From an uncultured Bacteroidota bacterium (GTDB taxonomy: Bacteria > Bacteroidota > Bacteroidia > Bacteroidales > 4484-276): DNA of 28,317 nt. Below the pieces are notes generated by a model, which was not told where the DNA came from, did not search any database, and worked only from the letters and a program-made list of their open reading frames with translations. The translations under genes were made by a program, and so were the position numbers. This document shows, one piece after another, positions 27,740-28,317 of this stretch; within the stretch, counting starts at the first letter, position 1, and each line of letters opens with the position of its first letter. The stretch lies in contig CAIYZW010000661.1 of the NCBI GenBank assembly GCA_903930725.1, forward strand, positions 1 through 28,317, read 5' to 3'.

Positions 27740-27984
27740 AAAATTAAATTTAAGTTTTTAATGTAAATTATTCAAAATGTTTTAGTTACCTTCTGATGAG
27801 CATTTCAACTTGCAATATTATTCCTATATTTTAAGATAGTTGTTATAATATTCCATAAAAATTGTATAAAATTTTAATGTAAAACTTTGACAATTTGGAA
27901 TAGAAAAACATTCCAGCAGGTTCAGATTTTACATTTGATTTACTAACAGCCAACCCCAAAGGCATTTCGGAGGTCATTGAGATT

Positions 27985-28275
27985 AGTTTTTTAATCCCTT
28001 CGATCTGATAACCAGCACTTTTACATGCAATTAAATAGAAGCAGATTTGTCGGGAATGTCAATTAAGTCAAAAGCTTCGCCTGGTGTTTTTCCCACAAAA
28101 CCACCCGATGATTTTGTAAAGCGCGGATTGTAGCCTTCGCTAATTCCTCAGTTCCCGCCAGCAGGTATCTTACAAAATCAAGCCCATCGTTTACAAAAAC
28201 ACTGGTTTTGGGTTGATTGCTCTAAAGCAAATCGTTTTTCGATTCTCGTTACAAAATTCTCCTGGTGTTCTGTTA
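27985..28275 (-). pseudogene. rhaD: Degraded 3' fragment of rhamnulose-1-phosphate aldolase (class II aldolase/adducin family)
   Basis: Hand translation across frames: EFCNENR / DLL*SNQPKTSVFVNDGLDFVRYLLAGTEELAKATIRALQNHRVVLWEKH / KTPGEAFDLIDIPDKSASI / IACKSAGYQIEGI. It resembles the Bacteroidota RhaD C-terminus, with one stop and at least three frameshifts. Confidence 0.75.
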
Positions 28276-28317
28276 AAAGGATGAAATCAAAAGCCGCTTA
28301 TCTTTGGGGAAACAGGC

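Noticed and set aside
1-28317. Anti-phage, toxin-antitoxin, mobile-element or biosynthetic gene cluster (acpP-fabF as a PKS)
   Set aside because: No such protein motifs were recognised. acpP-fabF-rnc is the standard Bacteroidota fatty-acid synthesis locus.

Overview
An AT-rich, mostly housekeeping Bacteroidota (probably Bacteroidales-like) chromosomal segment. The lineage call rests on two type IX secretion (T9SS) C-terminal domains, TAnnTTTG/TTTG promoter elements and the typical rnc-fabF-acpP/purN and mutY/HU-bS22-rng gene orders. From left to right it holds: a 5'-truncated T9SS cargo protein with a lamin-tail domain, an RprXY-like two-component system, pgi, rnc-fabF-acpP, purN, a DUF1289 protein, a stand-alone receiver protein plus membrane class III adenylate cyclase, a tricorn-like S41 peptidase, fbaA, mutY, HU, a 29-aa bS22-like ribosomal protein missing from the ORF track, RNase G/E, trpS, two membrane proteins (one GyrI-like), hflX, lnt, a T9SS protein made of six 92-aa FN3-like repeats, and a decayed rhaD fragment. 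I saw no CRISPR array, mobile element, tRNA, rRNA or defence system. The best candidate for something undescribed is a roughly 140-nt structured transcript (about 4814-4955) divergent from the two-component operon. It has its own -7 element, phased TTAAC repeats upstream and its own terminator, and a separate pgi promoter follows it. This suggests an sRNA controlled by the two-component system, which is inference and needs RNA data.
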